This document shows positions 37,956 through 49,345 of a stretch of DNA of 64,000 nt, one piece after another. The notes below the pieces were generated by a model. It worked only from the letters and a program-made list of their open reading frames with translations. It was not told the origin of the DNA and searched no databases. The DNA lies in the NCBI GenBank assembly GCA_945878555.1, contig CAMDWI010000020.1, forward strand, positions 16,413 to 80,412. The letters run 5' to 3'. The DNA comes from Klebsiella pneumoniae. GTDB lineage: Bacteria; Pseudomonadota; Gammaproteobacteria; Eutrophobiales; Eutrophobiaceae. The position numbers and the translations under genes are program-made. How positions within the stretch are numbered: the first letter of the stretch is position 1; each line of letters begins with the position of its first letter.

Positions 37956-38414
37956 ATGCGCCTGTTTGCTGAAACTCCCGAGGCGATGGAACAACTGGGT
38001 GGCAGGCTTGCCGGTCTGGTGTTTCGGGGTATGCAGGTCCACCTCAGTGGCGACCTCGGGGCGGGCAAGACCACGTTCGTCCGGGGTTTTCTGCGTGGGC
38101 TCGGATATAACGGTACAGTCAAAAGCCCGACCTACACGCTGGTTGAGTCGTACCAGTTGCATGATTTTACCATCTATCATTTTGACTTTTACCGGGTCAA
38201 ACATCCGGATGAAGTAGAGGCTATAGGTTTTCGCGATTACCGATCAGATGGAGCAATTTGTCTGATTGAGTGGCCGGAGATGGCGGGGAAAACAATCGGG
38301 TCACCTGACCTGCTGATTCTGTTTACGATAAATAATGACAGTCGGGAGCTTGAACTTGTTTCCTCCACAGAACGGGGTAAGTTATTGATTTCAAAGGTAA
38401 GCCACGCCAAATGA
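37956..38414 (+). CDS. tsaE: tRNA t6A biosynthesis ATPase TsaE
   Basis: GDLGAGKTT, VKSPTYTLVE, HFDFYR, LIEWPE. Confidence 0.96.
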   Translation: MRLFAETPEAMEQLGGRLAGLVFRGMQVHLSGDLGAGKTTFVRGFLRGLGYNGTVKSPTYTLVESYQLHDFTIYHFDFYRVKHPDEVEAIGFRDYRSDGAICLIEWPEMAGKTIGSPDLLILFTINNDSRELELVSSTERGKLLISKVSHAK

Positions 38415-38520
38415 CAATTTGACGGTTTAATCTTTATTCCATTAAAACAGTAAGATAGCTTGATTTTCTCATAAAAAATTGAAATTATTACCGTAATGAA
38501 CAGGAATTGAACAAAGTATT

Positions 38521-39888
38521 GTGATCATTCGACTAATTTCAAGCTTTATCCTGATCGGGTTTTCCGCGATGCTCGCGGCTGCGCCGGCTACTATAAAAAG
38601 TGTGCGGATTTGGGCCGCGCCTGAGAATACGCGAGTGGTCTTTGATCTGGATGGTCCGGTTGACCACAAGGTGACGACACTGGATGAACCGGCTCGTATG
38701 GTCATCGACTTTGAAGAAGCAGCCCTGATTAACAAGCTGCCAGGTCCGGTAACAGCAGACCGTTTTATCTCCAGTATGCGGAACTCCACTCAGGATCGGG
38801 GTCTGCGTATCGTGCTCGATCTGAAGAAATCCTCAAAGGTCCGCAGCTTCCAGTTACCTCCAAATGAAAAGTATAGCCACCGTCTGGTCGTTGATATCTA
38901 CGATGAAACCAGCAAACAGGTGGCCAGCGAGACTGAGCAGGTGGCCATGATCCAGCCTGCGGCTACCCCAAACCCAAAGACCAGCAACATCCCGGCGCGT
39001 CCTGACAGTTCAGCGCGTGAGGTGGTCATCGCGATTGATGCCGGACACGGTGGCGATGATCCGGGTTCAATCGGCCCGTCAGGTACGCATGAAAAGGTGA
39101 TTGCGCTGAAGATTGCCAAAAAACTGGCCGAGAAGATTAACCGGGTACACGGCATGCGTGCTGTGCTGATCCGTGATGGTGATTATTTCATCAGCCTGCG
39201 CGATCGGATTCGCAAGGCTCGTCAGCACAAGGCCGACTTGTTTGTGTCCGTCCATGCCGACGCGTTCAAGGACCCCCGGGTCTCCGGTTCGTCGGTATAT
39301 GTACTTTCTCAACGTGGTGCCAGTAGTGAACACGCCAAATGGCTGGCTGCCCGCGAAAACGCGGCAGATTTGATTGGCGGTGTCAAGCTGGAGGACAAGG
39401 ACAATGTGCTTGCCTCGGTGTTGCTGGATTTGTCGCAGACAGCCAGTCTGGAGGCCAGTATTGATGTGGCTGAGCGTGTACTGGGTGGTCTGAAGAAAGT
39501 AGGTAATGTCCACAAGAAGCGGGTTGAGTCGGCGGCATTTGCAGTATTGAAGTCACCCGATATACCGTCACTGCTGATTGAAACGGCCTATATCTCTAAT
39601 CCGAAGGAAGAAAAGAAACTGCTCAGTGCCGCGTTTCAGGATACGTTAACCAACGCGATTCTGGATGGTCTGGTTGGTTATTTCCGCTTACGACCGCCGG
39701 AGAATACGATCATCGCGATGAACCGCGAGCAGGAACATGTAATTACACGGGGCGACACCTTGTCAGGCATCGCCGAACGTTACCGTGTCAGCCTGAACAC
39801 ACTGCGTCAGGTGAACGGCCTGCGCAATGATCGAATCCGCATCGGCCAGAAACTGACGATACCGACCTCGGTAGCTAGAGTAAATTAA
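38521..39888 (+). CDS. amiB: N-acetylmuramoyl-L-alanine amidase (AMIN + Amidase_3 + LysM)
   Basis: IDAGHGG.DPG, SVHAD, LIETAYISN; C-terminal LysM; located between tsaE and mutL. Confidence 0.9.
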   Translation: MIIRLISSFILIGFSAMLAAAPATIKSVRIWAAPENTRVVFDLDGPVDHKVTTLDEPARMVIDFEEAALINKLPGPVTADRFISSMRNSTQDRGLRIVLDLKKSSKVRSFQLPPNEKYSHRLVVDIYDETSKQVASETEQVAMIQPAATPNPKTSNIPARPDSSAREVVIAIDAGHGGDDPGSIGPSGTHEKVIALKIAKKLAEKINRVHGMRAVLIRDGDYFISLRDRIRKARQHKADLFVSVHADAFKDPRVSGSSVYVLSQRGASSEHAKWLAARENAADLIGGVKLEDKDNVLASVLLDLSQTASLEASIDVAERVLGGLKKVGNVHKKRVESAAFAVLKSPDIPSLLIETAYISNPKEEKKLLSAAFQDTLTNAILDGLVGYFRLRPPENTIIAMNREQEHVITRGDTLSGIAERYRVSLNTLRQVNGLRNDRIRIGQKLTIPTSVARVN

Positions 39889-39927
39889 ATACTTCACCCG
39901 CCCGCCCGCGTCGGCTAATCTGACGCC

Positions 39928-41637
39928 ATGTCAGCATCGGGACTTCCAAATCGAATAACACTACTGCCGGGTATACTGGTTAACCAGATAGCCGCCGGTG
40001 AGGTCATTGAACGCCCGGCCTCCGTGGTCAAGGAATTGATCGAAAACAGTATTGATGCGGGTGCTAAGCGTATTGATATAGATATTGAGTCCGGGGGTAC
40101 CCGCTCAATAATCATCCGTGACAACGGATCAGGCATTCATCCGGACGATATAGAAATTGCGGTCCTGCGCCATGCGACCAGCAAGTTACGTACATCTGAG
40201 GAACTGGAGACGATCACCACGCTAGGTTTTCGTGGTGAGGCCTTGTCGAGTATCGCGTCCGTGTCCGGCTTCACACTCACCTCACGCATAGCGGAAGAGC
40301 CGTACGCCCGCCGTCTACGTATGGATCCGGCGCTGGGAGTGACGGAGCTGGCGCCCGCCGCCCATCCTCCCGGGACAACCATAGAGGTGATGAATCTGTT
40401 CTACAATGTGCCGGCCCGCCGCAAGTTCCTGCGTTCCGAGCGGACTGAATTCCTGCACATTCTGGAGATGGTGAAAAATCTGGTGATGAGCCGGTTGGAT
40501 ATCCAGATTAACCTGCGTCACAACGGACGTGCGGTGTTGAGTTGCCCGGCGGTTGAGTCGGATTTCAAGGCGCGTCTATCGAGTATAATGGGGGCGGGTT
40601 TTTACAACAACTCGCGACCGATTGATGTGCGTGCGGAGCAGATGCATATCCATGGCTGGCTCGGACTGCCGGTGACGGCACGCAGTCAGTCAGACCAGCA
40701 ATATCTGTATCTGAACAACCGGATGATTCGTGATCGCCAGATTACCCATGCGATACGCATGGCCGTTGAAGCGGAAATACCGGCAGCACGTTATCCCGCG
40801 TATATCCTGAATCTGCAGATTGAGCCGACGCTGGTTGATGTGAATGTGCATCCCACCAAACAGGAGGTGCGCTTCAGATATGCCCGTGATGTACATGATT
40901 TTGTATTTGCCGCACTGCGCGCTTCCGGGGAACGTATTGAGACAGGTGATCCGAGCGTCAGCCAGGGACCAGTACACACGCCCGCATCGAAGCCGGGTAC
41001 TAGCCGGTTGCGTGAGATGGCACCGGCCTATCAGGCCGAACCGCGGGCTGACCAGCAAAGCAATCCTCTTGGAGTGCCCCTAGCCGTGCTCGAAGGCGAT
41101 CTCGTCGTGATGTTGCATAACGATTCGCTGTGTGTGCTGGATTTCCACCGTACCCGACAGCATTATTTACATCATCGGTTGCAGCAGGAACTTGCGACAA
41201 CGGGTATCCGGACACGTCCGCTACTGGTGCCGCTGTTATACACCGCCACTGAGCGGGACATCACCTTGTTGACGGCGTATCTGGATGTACTCGCAAGATA
41301 CGGTGTGCAAATGGATCTTGCCGGACCTCAATCACTGGTGGTACGTACATTACCGACGCTGTTACCGGATCTGGAAATCCAGCCCTTGCTAGGTGTCATG
41401 TTTGCCAGCCTGAAAAATGCAAATACGGATAGCGCTACCTTCGGCCAGACACTGTTACAACTGCTGGCACTGCACGGGGCCCGTCCGTCTTCGGCTAGAT
41501 ATACGCTGGCGCAGATCTCCCAGCAGTTACAGCAAATGGCACAGTCGGGTCTGGTCCTGGAAGGGTCTGAATGTGCAGGTCTGTGGCGGAGTTGGTCACC
41601 GGAACAATTGCGGTCGCTGTTAAATGAGCACACCTGA
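39928..41637 (+). CDS. mutL: DNA mismatch repair protein MutL
   Basis: NQIAAGEVIERPASVVKEL.ENS.DAG, GFRGEAL, DVNVHPTK. Confidence 0.95.
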   Translation: MSASGLPNRITLLPGILVNQIAAGEVIERPASVVKELIENSIDAGAKRIDIDIESGGTRSIIIRDNGSGIHPDDIEIAVLRHATSKLRTSEELETITTLGFRGEALSSIASVSGFTLTSRIAEEPYARRLRMDPALGVTELAPAAHPPGTTIEVMNLFYNVPARRKFLRSERTEFLHILEMVKNLVMSRLDIQINLRHNGRAVLSCPAVESDFKARLSSIMGAGFYNNSRPIDVRAEQMHIHGWLGLPVTARSQSDQQYLYLNNRMIRDRQITHAIRMAVEAEIPAARYPAYILNLQIEPTLVDVNVHPTKQEVRFRYARDVHDFVFAALRASGERIETGDPSVSQGPVHTPASKPGTSRLREMAPAYQAEPRADQQSNPLGVPLAVLEGDLVVMLHNDSLCVLDFHRTRQHYLHHRLQQELATTGIRTRPLLVPLLYTATERDITLLTAYLDVLARYGVQMDLAGPQSLVVRTLPTLLPDLEIQPLLGVMFASLKNANTDSATFGQTLLQLLALHGARPSSARYTLAQISQQLQQMAQSGLVLEGSECAGLWRSWSPEQLRSLLNEHT

Positions 41638-42589
41638 TTCCACTGTGTCATTGCCGGTCATCTTCCTGATGGGACCGACCGCCAGTGGCAAGACCGCGCT
41701 GGCGGTTGAACTGGTACGCGCACTGCCGGTTGATATTATCAGTGTGGATTCGGCCATGGTATATCGGGGTATGGATATCGGCACGGCCAAGCCCGGGGCG
41801 GACATACTTGCAGTCGCACCACATCGTCTGATCGATATCTGCGAGCCGGAGCAGGTCTATTCTGCTGGCCAGTTTTGTGTGGACGCACGGCGTGAGATCG
41901 CCGCAGTTCATGCCCAGGGCAGGATACCGTTGCTGGTAGGTGGAACGGGTCTGTATTTTCGCAGTCTACAATACGGATTTTCGGAAATGCCCGCTGCCAA
42001 TCCGGAGGTCAGGGCCCGGATTGAGGCACAGGCGGAAGCCGTTGGCTGGGGTGTCATGCATGAACGCTTGGCAGCGGTTGACCCGGTTGCCGCTGCGCGA
42101 ATACATCAGAATGACCCGCAGCGCATTCAGCGTGCGCTGGAGATATATGAGCTGACTGGTAAACCGATCACCACACTGCATGAACAGGGCAGGACGCAGG
42201 CACTGCCACATCCGGTGATCAAATTGATCGTGGCACCGGCGCAACGCACTGATTTGGGCGAGCATATTCGAGGCCGGTTTATGAACATGCTGGAGCAGGG
42301 TCTGGTCGAGGAGGTTGAGCGATTACGTGCCCGGCCAGGATTGACGGCCAGTAGTACGGCCATGCGCCTGGTCGGGTATCGGCAGGTGTGGTCATATCTG
42401 GACGGAGAGTACGAATATAACACCATGATAGATAAAGGAATTTATGCAACAACGCAACTGGCCAAGCGTCAGATGACCTGGCTCAGACGTGAGCATAATG
42501 CGCACTGGTTTGATGCCATGCGCCCCAAATTGTCACATTATTTACTTAATTTTTTGGGTCAAAATCCGGTCTATTCGTATAGACTGTAG
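41624..42589 (+). CDS. miaA: tRNA dimethylallyltransferase
   Basis: GPTASGKT, DSAMVYRGMDIGTAKP, LAKRQMTW. Confidence 0.97.
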   Translation: MSTPDSTVSLPVIFLMGPTASGKTALAVELVRALPVDIISVDSAMVYRGMDIGTAKPGADILAVAPHRLIDICEPEQVYSAGQFCVDARREIAAVHAQGRIPLLVGGTGLYFRSLQYGFSEMPAANPEVRARIEAQAEAVGWGVMHERLAAVDPVAAARIHQNDPQRIQRALEIYELTGKPITTLHEQGRTQALPHPVIKLIVAPAQRTDLGEHIRGRFMNMLEQGLVEEVERLRARPGLTASSTAMRLVGYRQVWSYLDGEYEYNTMIDKGIYATTQLAKRQMTWLRREHNAHWFDAMRPKLSHYLLNFLGQNPVYSYRL

Positions 42590-42690
42590 ACGTATAAGCA
42601 GCTGGGCTGTGACTGTTGTGGATAGGCAATCACGGAAGATTATATCGTTAAAACAAAGGGTTAAATAATAACTATAAAAGGAGAACCATC

Positions 42691-42933
42691 ATGAGCAAGG
42701 GACATACTTTGCAGGATCCCTTTCTGAATACACTCAGAAAAGACAGGGTACCGGTGGCAATCTATCTTGTGAATGGGATTAAGCTTCAGGGTCAGGTAGA
42801 ATCGTTTGACCAGTTTGTAATCCTGCTAAAGAACTCGGTAAACCAGCTGGTTTATAAACATGCCATTTCAACCATCGTCCCGGCACGCAATGTGAAGCTG
42901 CCAAGGTCAGATGAGGAAGAACAGAGCGATTGA
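42691..42933 (+). CDS. hfq: RNA chaperone Hfq
   Basis: [28 protein letters not shown]. Confidence 0.98.
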   Translation: MSKGHTLQDPFLNTLRKDRVPVAIYLVNGIKLQGQVESFDQFVILLKNSVNQLVYKHAISTIVPARNVKLPRSDEEEQSD

Positions 42934-42955
42934 TTTTTTGTGAGTGTAATCCGGT

Positions 42956-44236
42956 TTGAATGAGCCCGTAAGCAGTAAAGGCCCACGGGTCGTACTCGTA
43001 CATATCAATTTTCATAACACCCGTTTTGATGAGGAACTGGATGAATTTATTCATCTGGTTACCTCGGCGGGTTCAGAACCTGCCGTTGTTATTACCGGCA
43101 CGCGTGACCGGCCCGATGCCCGATTCTTTATCGGTACCGGCAAGGTCGCGGAGATCGGTGCCTGGATAGCTGAACACGGCGCCGAGGTCGTCATCTTCAA
43201 TCATGAACTCAGTCCTGCCCAGGAACGCAATCTGGAAAGGGAACTGAAGTGCCGTGTGCTTGATCGAGTCGGTCTGATCCTCGATATCTTTGCCCAGCGC
43301 GCCCGCAGCTATGAAGGCAAGCTGCAGGTCGAGCTGGCGCAGTTACAACATTTATCCACGCGACTGGTCAGGGGTTGGACCCACCTTGAACGTCAGAAGG
43401 GTGGTATAGGTCTGCGCGGCCCGGGTGAAACCCAGCTTGAAACCGACAGGCGACTGGTGGGTATTCGGATCAAGACAATCAACAGTCGTCTGGACAAGGT
43501 ACGTAGCCAGAGAAACCAGGGGCGCCGCTGGCGGCAACGGTCCGGTGTACCGGTGGTCTCTCTGGTTGGATATACCAATGCGGGCAAGTCGACATTGTTC
43601 AATCGATTGACCGGCGCCGGGGCGTACACAGCAGACAAGTTGTTCGCCACACTCGATCCCATGCTGCGTAAGGTTGAGATGCTGCCAGGAACATCCGTTA
43701 TCCTCGGTGATACAGTCGGATTTATCCGTCACATACCGCACGACCTGATCCAGTCTTTTCACGCGACACTGGAAGAGGTCAAGTCGGCTGACCTGCTGCT
43801 CCATGTGGTGGATGTGAATGATGATCAGCGGCTTGATCATATTGAACAGGTCAACAAGGTTATAGAGGAGATAGGAGCCGGGTCTGTTCCGCAGATCATG
43901 GTATTTAACAAGATCGATATCTCCGGCAATATCGCCGTGATGGTGGAAAACCATGAAGGTGAAACACCCAAAATATGGTTGTCCGCCCGCTCTGGCGCCG
44001 GTATTCCCGAATTAAAGCAGTTGATTGGCACTTATTTCCGGCCGGGCCATCAAACCTACCGCTTGCATCTGCCCGCAGAAGCGGGCAAGTTGAGGGCCAG
44101 ATTGTTTGAGCAGGGCGCAGTTCAGGAAGAGATCGGCGATGAGTCCGGAGGCTGGATTTTACAGGTAAATATGGATACCCCGTCCCTTGAACGCCTGTGC
44201 CGTGACCATGGCAAAGACCTGTCTATGTTACAATAA
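42956..44236 (+). CDS. hflX: Ribosome-splitting GTPase HflX
   Basis: GPGETQLETDRR, GYTNAGKST, DTVGF, NKID; exact start uncertain (TTG). Confidence 0.95.
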   Translation: MNEPVSSKGPRVVLVHINFHNTRFDEELDEFIHLVTSAGSEPAVVITGTRDRPDARFFIGTGKVAEIGAWIAEHGAEVVIFNHELSPAQERNLERELKCRVLDRVGLILDIFAQRARSYEGKLQVELAQLQHLSTRLVRGWTHLERQKGGIGLRGPGETQLETDRRLVGIRIKTINSRLDKVRSQRNQGRRWRQRSGVPVVSLVGYTNAGKSTLFNRLTGAGAYTADKLFATLDPMLRKVEMLPGTSVILGDTVGFIRHIPHDLIQSFHATLEEVKSADLLLHVVDVNDDQRLDHIEQVNKVIEEIGAGSVPQIMVFNKIDISGNIAVMVENHEGETPKIWLSARSGAGIPELKQLIGTYFRPGHQTYRLHLPAEAGKLRARLFEQGAVQEEIGDESGGWILQVNMDTPSLERLCRDHGKDLSMLQ

Positions 44237-44315
44237 AAATCTGGCTGGAATATGGTACTATCATCGCGATAGTTAACAGACTTTTTTCAAGAAATGACTA
44301 ATCTGGAGTTATGCA

Positions 44316-45473
44316 ATGGGCTGGAATGAACCTTCCGGAGGTAATAATGACAAGGATCCCTGGGGAAGGGGCAGCAAGGGTAATGGCGATCGGCCACCGG
44401 ATCTGGATGAAATAATCCGGAAAATGCAGGACGGTCTGGGTGGTATCTTCGGCAGGAAGTCTACCGGTTCCGGGCGTGGTAATAATGAAAACATGTCCTT
44501 TGCGCTGGTGGGTGTACTCATCATTGTGGTCGCATGGTTGCTCTACAGCATCACCTACACAATAGATCAGCAGGAGCGCGGCGTTGTGCTGCGGTTTGGG
44601 AAATATCAGAAGACCATGCAACCTGGTCTGAACTTTGCCTTGCCCCGTTTTATTGACAAGGTAGAACGGATCAACGTCGGTCAGGTGCGATCATTCCAGC
44701 ATAATGCATCGATGTTAACCCAGGATGAAAACATCGTTGATGTCGAGGTCGCCGTGCAGTGGCGTATCAACGAACCGACCGATTATCTGTTCAACGTGGC
44801 CAATTCTGACCTGACCATGCGTCAGGTTGCCGAGAGTGCAGTGCGCGCTGTGATAGGCAAGGGTACGCTCGACTTCGTCCTGACTGAAGGCCGTAGCGAC
44901 GTGGCCCAGGATCAGGAGGCCCTGTTGCAGGAGATCCTGACCGATTACAAGGCCGGTATATTGATTGTGAAGGTGGACATGCAGATTGCCAAGCCACCTG
45001 AGGCGGTCAAGGACGCGTTTGATGATGCAATCAAGGCACGCGAAGATGAACAAAGACTGGTCAACGAGGCCGAGGCCTACCGTAACGAGATTCTGCCACA
45101 GGCACGTGGTCAAGCGGCCCGTATACGTGAGCAGTCAAATGGCTACAAGGCCAGGGTGATAGCCGAGGCCGAAGGTAATGCTGCACGCTTCGAGCAGATG
45201 TTGACCGAATACGAACGTGCCCCGGCGGTAACCCGCGAGCGCATGTATCTGGACACGATGGAAGCGGTATTCTCATCAACAAGCAAGATCCTGATAGATG
45301 CCGATGGCAGTAACAGTCTGATGTATCTGCCGATAGACAAGATACTGGAGAGCAACCGGGTCAGGGACATGACAGGTACGACCAGTTCGGAAATCATTAC
45401 CAGCCCGTCGAGCGGACAGACCTCGCAAGGCCTCTATGATCGTGCTGACAGACGTGACAGGGGAGCAAGATAA
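44316..45473 (+). CDS. hflK: FtsH modulator HflK
   Basis: WNEP..DPW..PPDLDE; SPFH domain; AFDDAIKAREDE. Confidence 0.96.
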   Translation: MGWNEPSGGNNDKDPWGRGSKGNGDRPPDLDEIIRKMQDGLGGIFGRKSTGSGRGNNENMSFALVGVLIIVVAWLLYSITYTIDQQERGVVLRFGKYQKTMQPGLNFALPRFIDKVERINVGQVRSFQHNASMLTQDENIVDVEVAVQWRINEPTDYLFNVANSDLTMRQVAESAVRAVIGKGTLDFVLTEGRSDVAQDQEALLQEILTDYKAGILIVKVDMQIAKPPEAVKDAFDDAIKAREDEQRLVNEAEAYRNEILPQARGQAARIREQSNGYKARVIAEAEGNAARFEQMLTEYERAPAVTRERMYLDTMEAVFSSTSKILIDADGSNSLMYLPIDKILESNRVRDMTGTTSSEIITSPSSGQTSQGLYDRADRRDRGAR

Positions 45474-46342
45474 TGAACCCATCCAGATTTTTAATGCCGG
45501 TTATCGTCTCTATCGTATTACTGGGCTATTTTTCGATCTACCGTGTTTACCAATGGGAACAGGCAATCGTATTCAAGTTTCGTGAAATCGAGTATTCGAC
45601 CAATGAACCTGGCCTGCATCTGATGATCCCCTGGGTAAATACCGTGCAGAAGTTCGAGACTCGCCTGCTCAATTTTGATCAGGAACCGCAACGGTTTCTG
45701 ACCAGCGAGAAAAAGGACGTCATTGTTGATTATTACGTCAAGTGGCGGATATCGAATGTCGAGAACTTCTACACCGCGACGCGTGGCGGTGACATCGAGT
45801 ATGCAAATGGCCTGCTGGGACAGCGTATCAATCGTGCCTTGCGTGATGAATTCGGCAGAAGAACGGTACAGGAGGTTGTAGCCGGTGTCAGAGGTGAGAT
45901 ACTTGATATCGTTCAGCCGACGACTGACATGATGCAGACTGAACTGGGTCTAGAGGTTGTTGATGTGCGTACCAAGCGCATAGACCTGCCGGAAGAAGTA
46001 AGCAGTTCCGTGTATGATCGTATGCGTGCGGAACGTACCCGGGTTGCCAAGGACTTTCGTGCACGTGGTGGTGAGGCCTCCGAACGTATCAAGGCGAATG
46101 CGGATCGTGAACGTGAAATCATTCTCGCGAATGCGTACAAGGATGCCGAAACCATACGCGGTGAGGGTGATGCCCAGGCAACTGAAATTTATGCCTCGGC
46201 CTATGGCAAGAATGCAGACTTCTATTCGTTTTATCGTAGCCTGAATGCCTATCAGAACAGCTTTCAGGGCAATAATGATATCTTGTTGCTGAAGCCAGAC
46301 TCGGACTTCTTTAAATACTTCCGAGGCCAACAGGGTAAATAG
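45473..46342 (+). CDS. hflC: FtsH modulator HflC
   Basis: RFLTSEKK, RMRAER, FY.FYRSL.AY, PDSDFF. Confidence 0.96.
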   Translation: MNPSRFLMPVIVSIVLLGYFSIYRVYQWEQAIVFKFREIEYSTNEPGLHLMIPWVNTVQKFETRLLNFDQEPQRFLTSEKKDVIVDYYVKWRISNVENFYTATRGGDIEYANGLLGQRINRALRDEFGRRTVQEVVAGVRGEILDIVQPTTDMMQTELGLEVVDVRTKRIDLPEEVSSSVYDRMRAERTRVAKDFRARGGEASERIKANADREREIILANAYKDAETIRGEGDAQATEIYASAYGKNADFYSFYRSLNAYQNSFQGNNDILLLKPDSDFFKYFRGQQGK

Positions 46343-46383
46343 GGTACAAGCCCGGTCCCTGCGCTTTACGATGATAATTGCGG

Positions 46384-46572
46384 ATGATGTGGACCGACCT
46401 GCTTACTGCACTTGCGCTGGTATTGATTATCGAAGGTATAATACCCTTTGTTAATCCGGAAGGCGTACGCAGGATGTTTCTGATGGCAGCCCAGATGCCA
46501 GGATCCGCGCTCCGTTCGGCAGGATTCACCAGTATGTTGCTGGGACTGCTGCTACTTTACCTGGTACGTTAA
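46384..46572 (+). CDS. yjeT: DUF2065 (YjeT) small membrane protein
   Basis: ALALVLIIEGIIPF..P; conserved position after hflC. Confidence 0.85.
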   Translation: MMWTDLLTALALVLIIEGIIPFVNPEGVRRMFLMAAQMPGSALRSAGFTSMLLGLLLLYLVR

Positions 46573-47775
46573 ATGATAAAACAAACAAATTCCTGGATAC
46601 TTCCTGCCGGCATTGAGGAAGTCCTCCCTCCGGATGCCTATGAGATCGAACTGCTGTGCCGGCGCATGCTGGACCAGTTTGATCGCTGGGGTTATGACCT
46701 GGTGTTGCCACCGCTGATTGAATATCTGGATTCACTACTGACCGGAACCGGTGAGGACCTTGATCTGAAGACGTTCAAGATCACCGATCAGCTATCCGGC
46801 AAGATGATGGGCATTCGTGCGGACATGACGCCGCAGGTCGCACGTATCGACAGTAATATCCTTAAACAGGAAACACCGACCCGGCTTTGCTATTTTGGAA
46901 CGACGCTGCACACTCGCCCGCGCTCCCAGGGCGGCACACGATCCCCCTTGCAGGTGGGAGCAGAACTGTTTGGTCACGCCGGTGTGGAGAGTGATGTCGA
47001 AATTCTGGTGCTTATGCTAAAGACACTGGAGATTACAGGTGTCAGTAATGTACACGTGGATATCGGTCATATGGGTATCTACCGCAGGTTGATCGGCTTG
47101 CTCGGCATCACACCGAAGCAGGAGGCCGTGATTTATTCCTGTTTGCAGCGCAAGGCGACACCCGAACTGAGCGGTTGGCTGAAGGAGTGGTCCATCAGCG
47201 CGAAACTTGCAGATGTGGTCCTGTTGCTGGTGAATTTACACGGTGATGTCAGTGTGCTGGCAGAGGCGAAGGCGGCCTTCAGGTCGATTGATGACGGTAT
47301 TGTCGGTTGTATTGATGAACTCGACAGGATTGCGGAACAGGTGACCAGACAATCCGGTGATGCCTCATTGCTGTTTGATCTGGCTGATATTCGAGGATAC
47401 AAGTACCATAACGGGATGATGTTCACGGCCTATATGCATGGTCAGGGACAGGGCATTGCGTTTGGGGGACGTTATGACGGTATCGGCCGGGAATTCGGCC
47501 GTTCACGGCCGGCCACCGGGTTCAGTGCGGATGTGAAATTATTATACGATCTCGCCGACAGACCGGAACGGACACGATCTGCCATATTTGCACCGGCTGC
47601 GACGGATCCGGCATTGTCCGGCGTGATAACAGAATTGCGCAACCGGGGTGAACGGGTTATCTCCGGCCTGCCGGGACAAACGGGTGCGGCGGCGGAGATG
47701 CAATGTGATCGTGAGTTGTATCAGGAACAGGGACAGTGGAAGGTCAGATCGGTCACAGGCAATAGTCAGACATAG
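46573..47775 (+). CDS. hisZ: ATP phosphoribosyltransferase regulatory subunit
   Basis: W.LP.GIEE.LP, RADMTPQVARID, Q.GAEL, GGRYD; precedes purA. Confidence 0.93.
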   Translation: MIKQTNSWILPAGIEEVLPPDAYEIELLCRRMLDQFDRWGYDLVLPPLIEYLDSLLTGTGEDLDLKTFKITDQLSGKMMGIRADMTPQVARIDSNILKQETPTRLCYFGTTLHTRPRSQGGTRSPLQVGAELFGHAGVESDVEILVLMLKTLEITGVSNVHVDIGHMGIYRRLIGLLGITPKQEAVIYSCLQRKATPELSGWLKEWSISAKLADVVLLLVNLHGDVSVLAEAKAAFRSIDDGIVGCIDELDRIAEQVTRQSGDASLLFDLADIRGYKYHNGMMFTAYMHGQGQGIAFGGRYDGIGREFGRSRPATGFSADVKLLYDLADRPERTRSAIFAPAATDPALSGVITELRNRGERVISGLPGQTGAAAEMQCDRELYQEQGQWKVRSVTGNSQT

Positions 47776-47783
47776 ATTTATAA

Positions 47784-49109
<1,326 letters not shown>

Positions 49110-49146
49110 TCCGGATTGCTGGAGCACACTGGTCAGTCAGATTGCA

Positions 49147-49173
49147 GGGTTTGTTTCCAGCGGAAACAAACCC
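49147..49173. terminator. Hairpin between convergent purA and tRNA-Leu
   Basis: GGGTTTGTTTCC-agc-GGAAACAAACCC, 12-bp perfect stem. Confidence 0.7.
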
Positions 49174-49179
49174 GTAATT

Positions 49180-49266
49180 TGGTGCCGAGAAGAGGACTTG
49201 AACCTCCACTGAGTTTCCCCAACCAGCACCTGAAGCTGGCGCGTCTACCAATTCCGCCATCTCGGC
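49180..49266 (-). tRNA. tRNA-Leu(CAG)
   Basis: GCCGAGATGGCGGAATTGGTAGACGC...CCAGC-TTCAGGT-GCTGG, long variable arm, GTTCAAGTC, ends CTCGGCACCA; 87 nt. Confidence 0.97.
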
Positions 49267-49345
49267 AAAGAGCACGTATCGGAAAAGAAGGGCGGACTTT
49301 ACCGATACGTTAACGGCTTGTCAATCTTAACGACCAGAGATCAAA

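Noticed and set aside
49180-49266. tRNA-Leu as an att site
   Set aside because: It is flanked by core genes purA and rnr, with no integrase or direct repeat.
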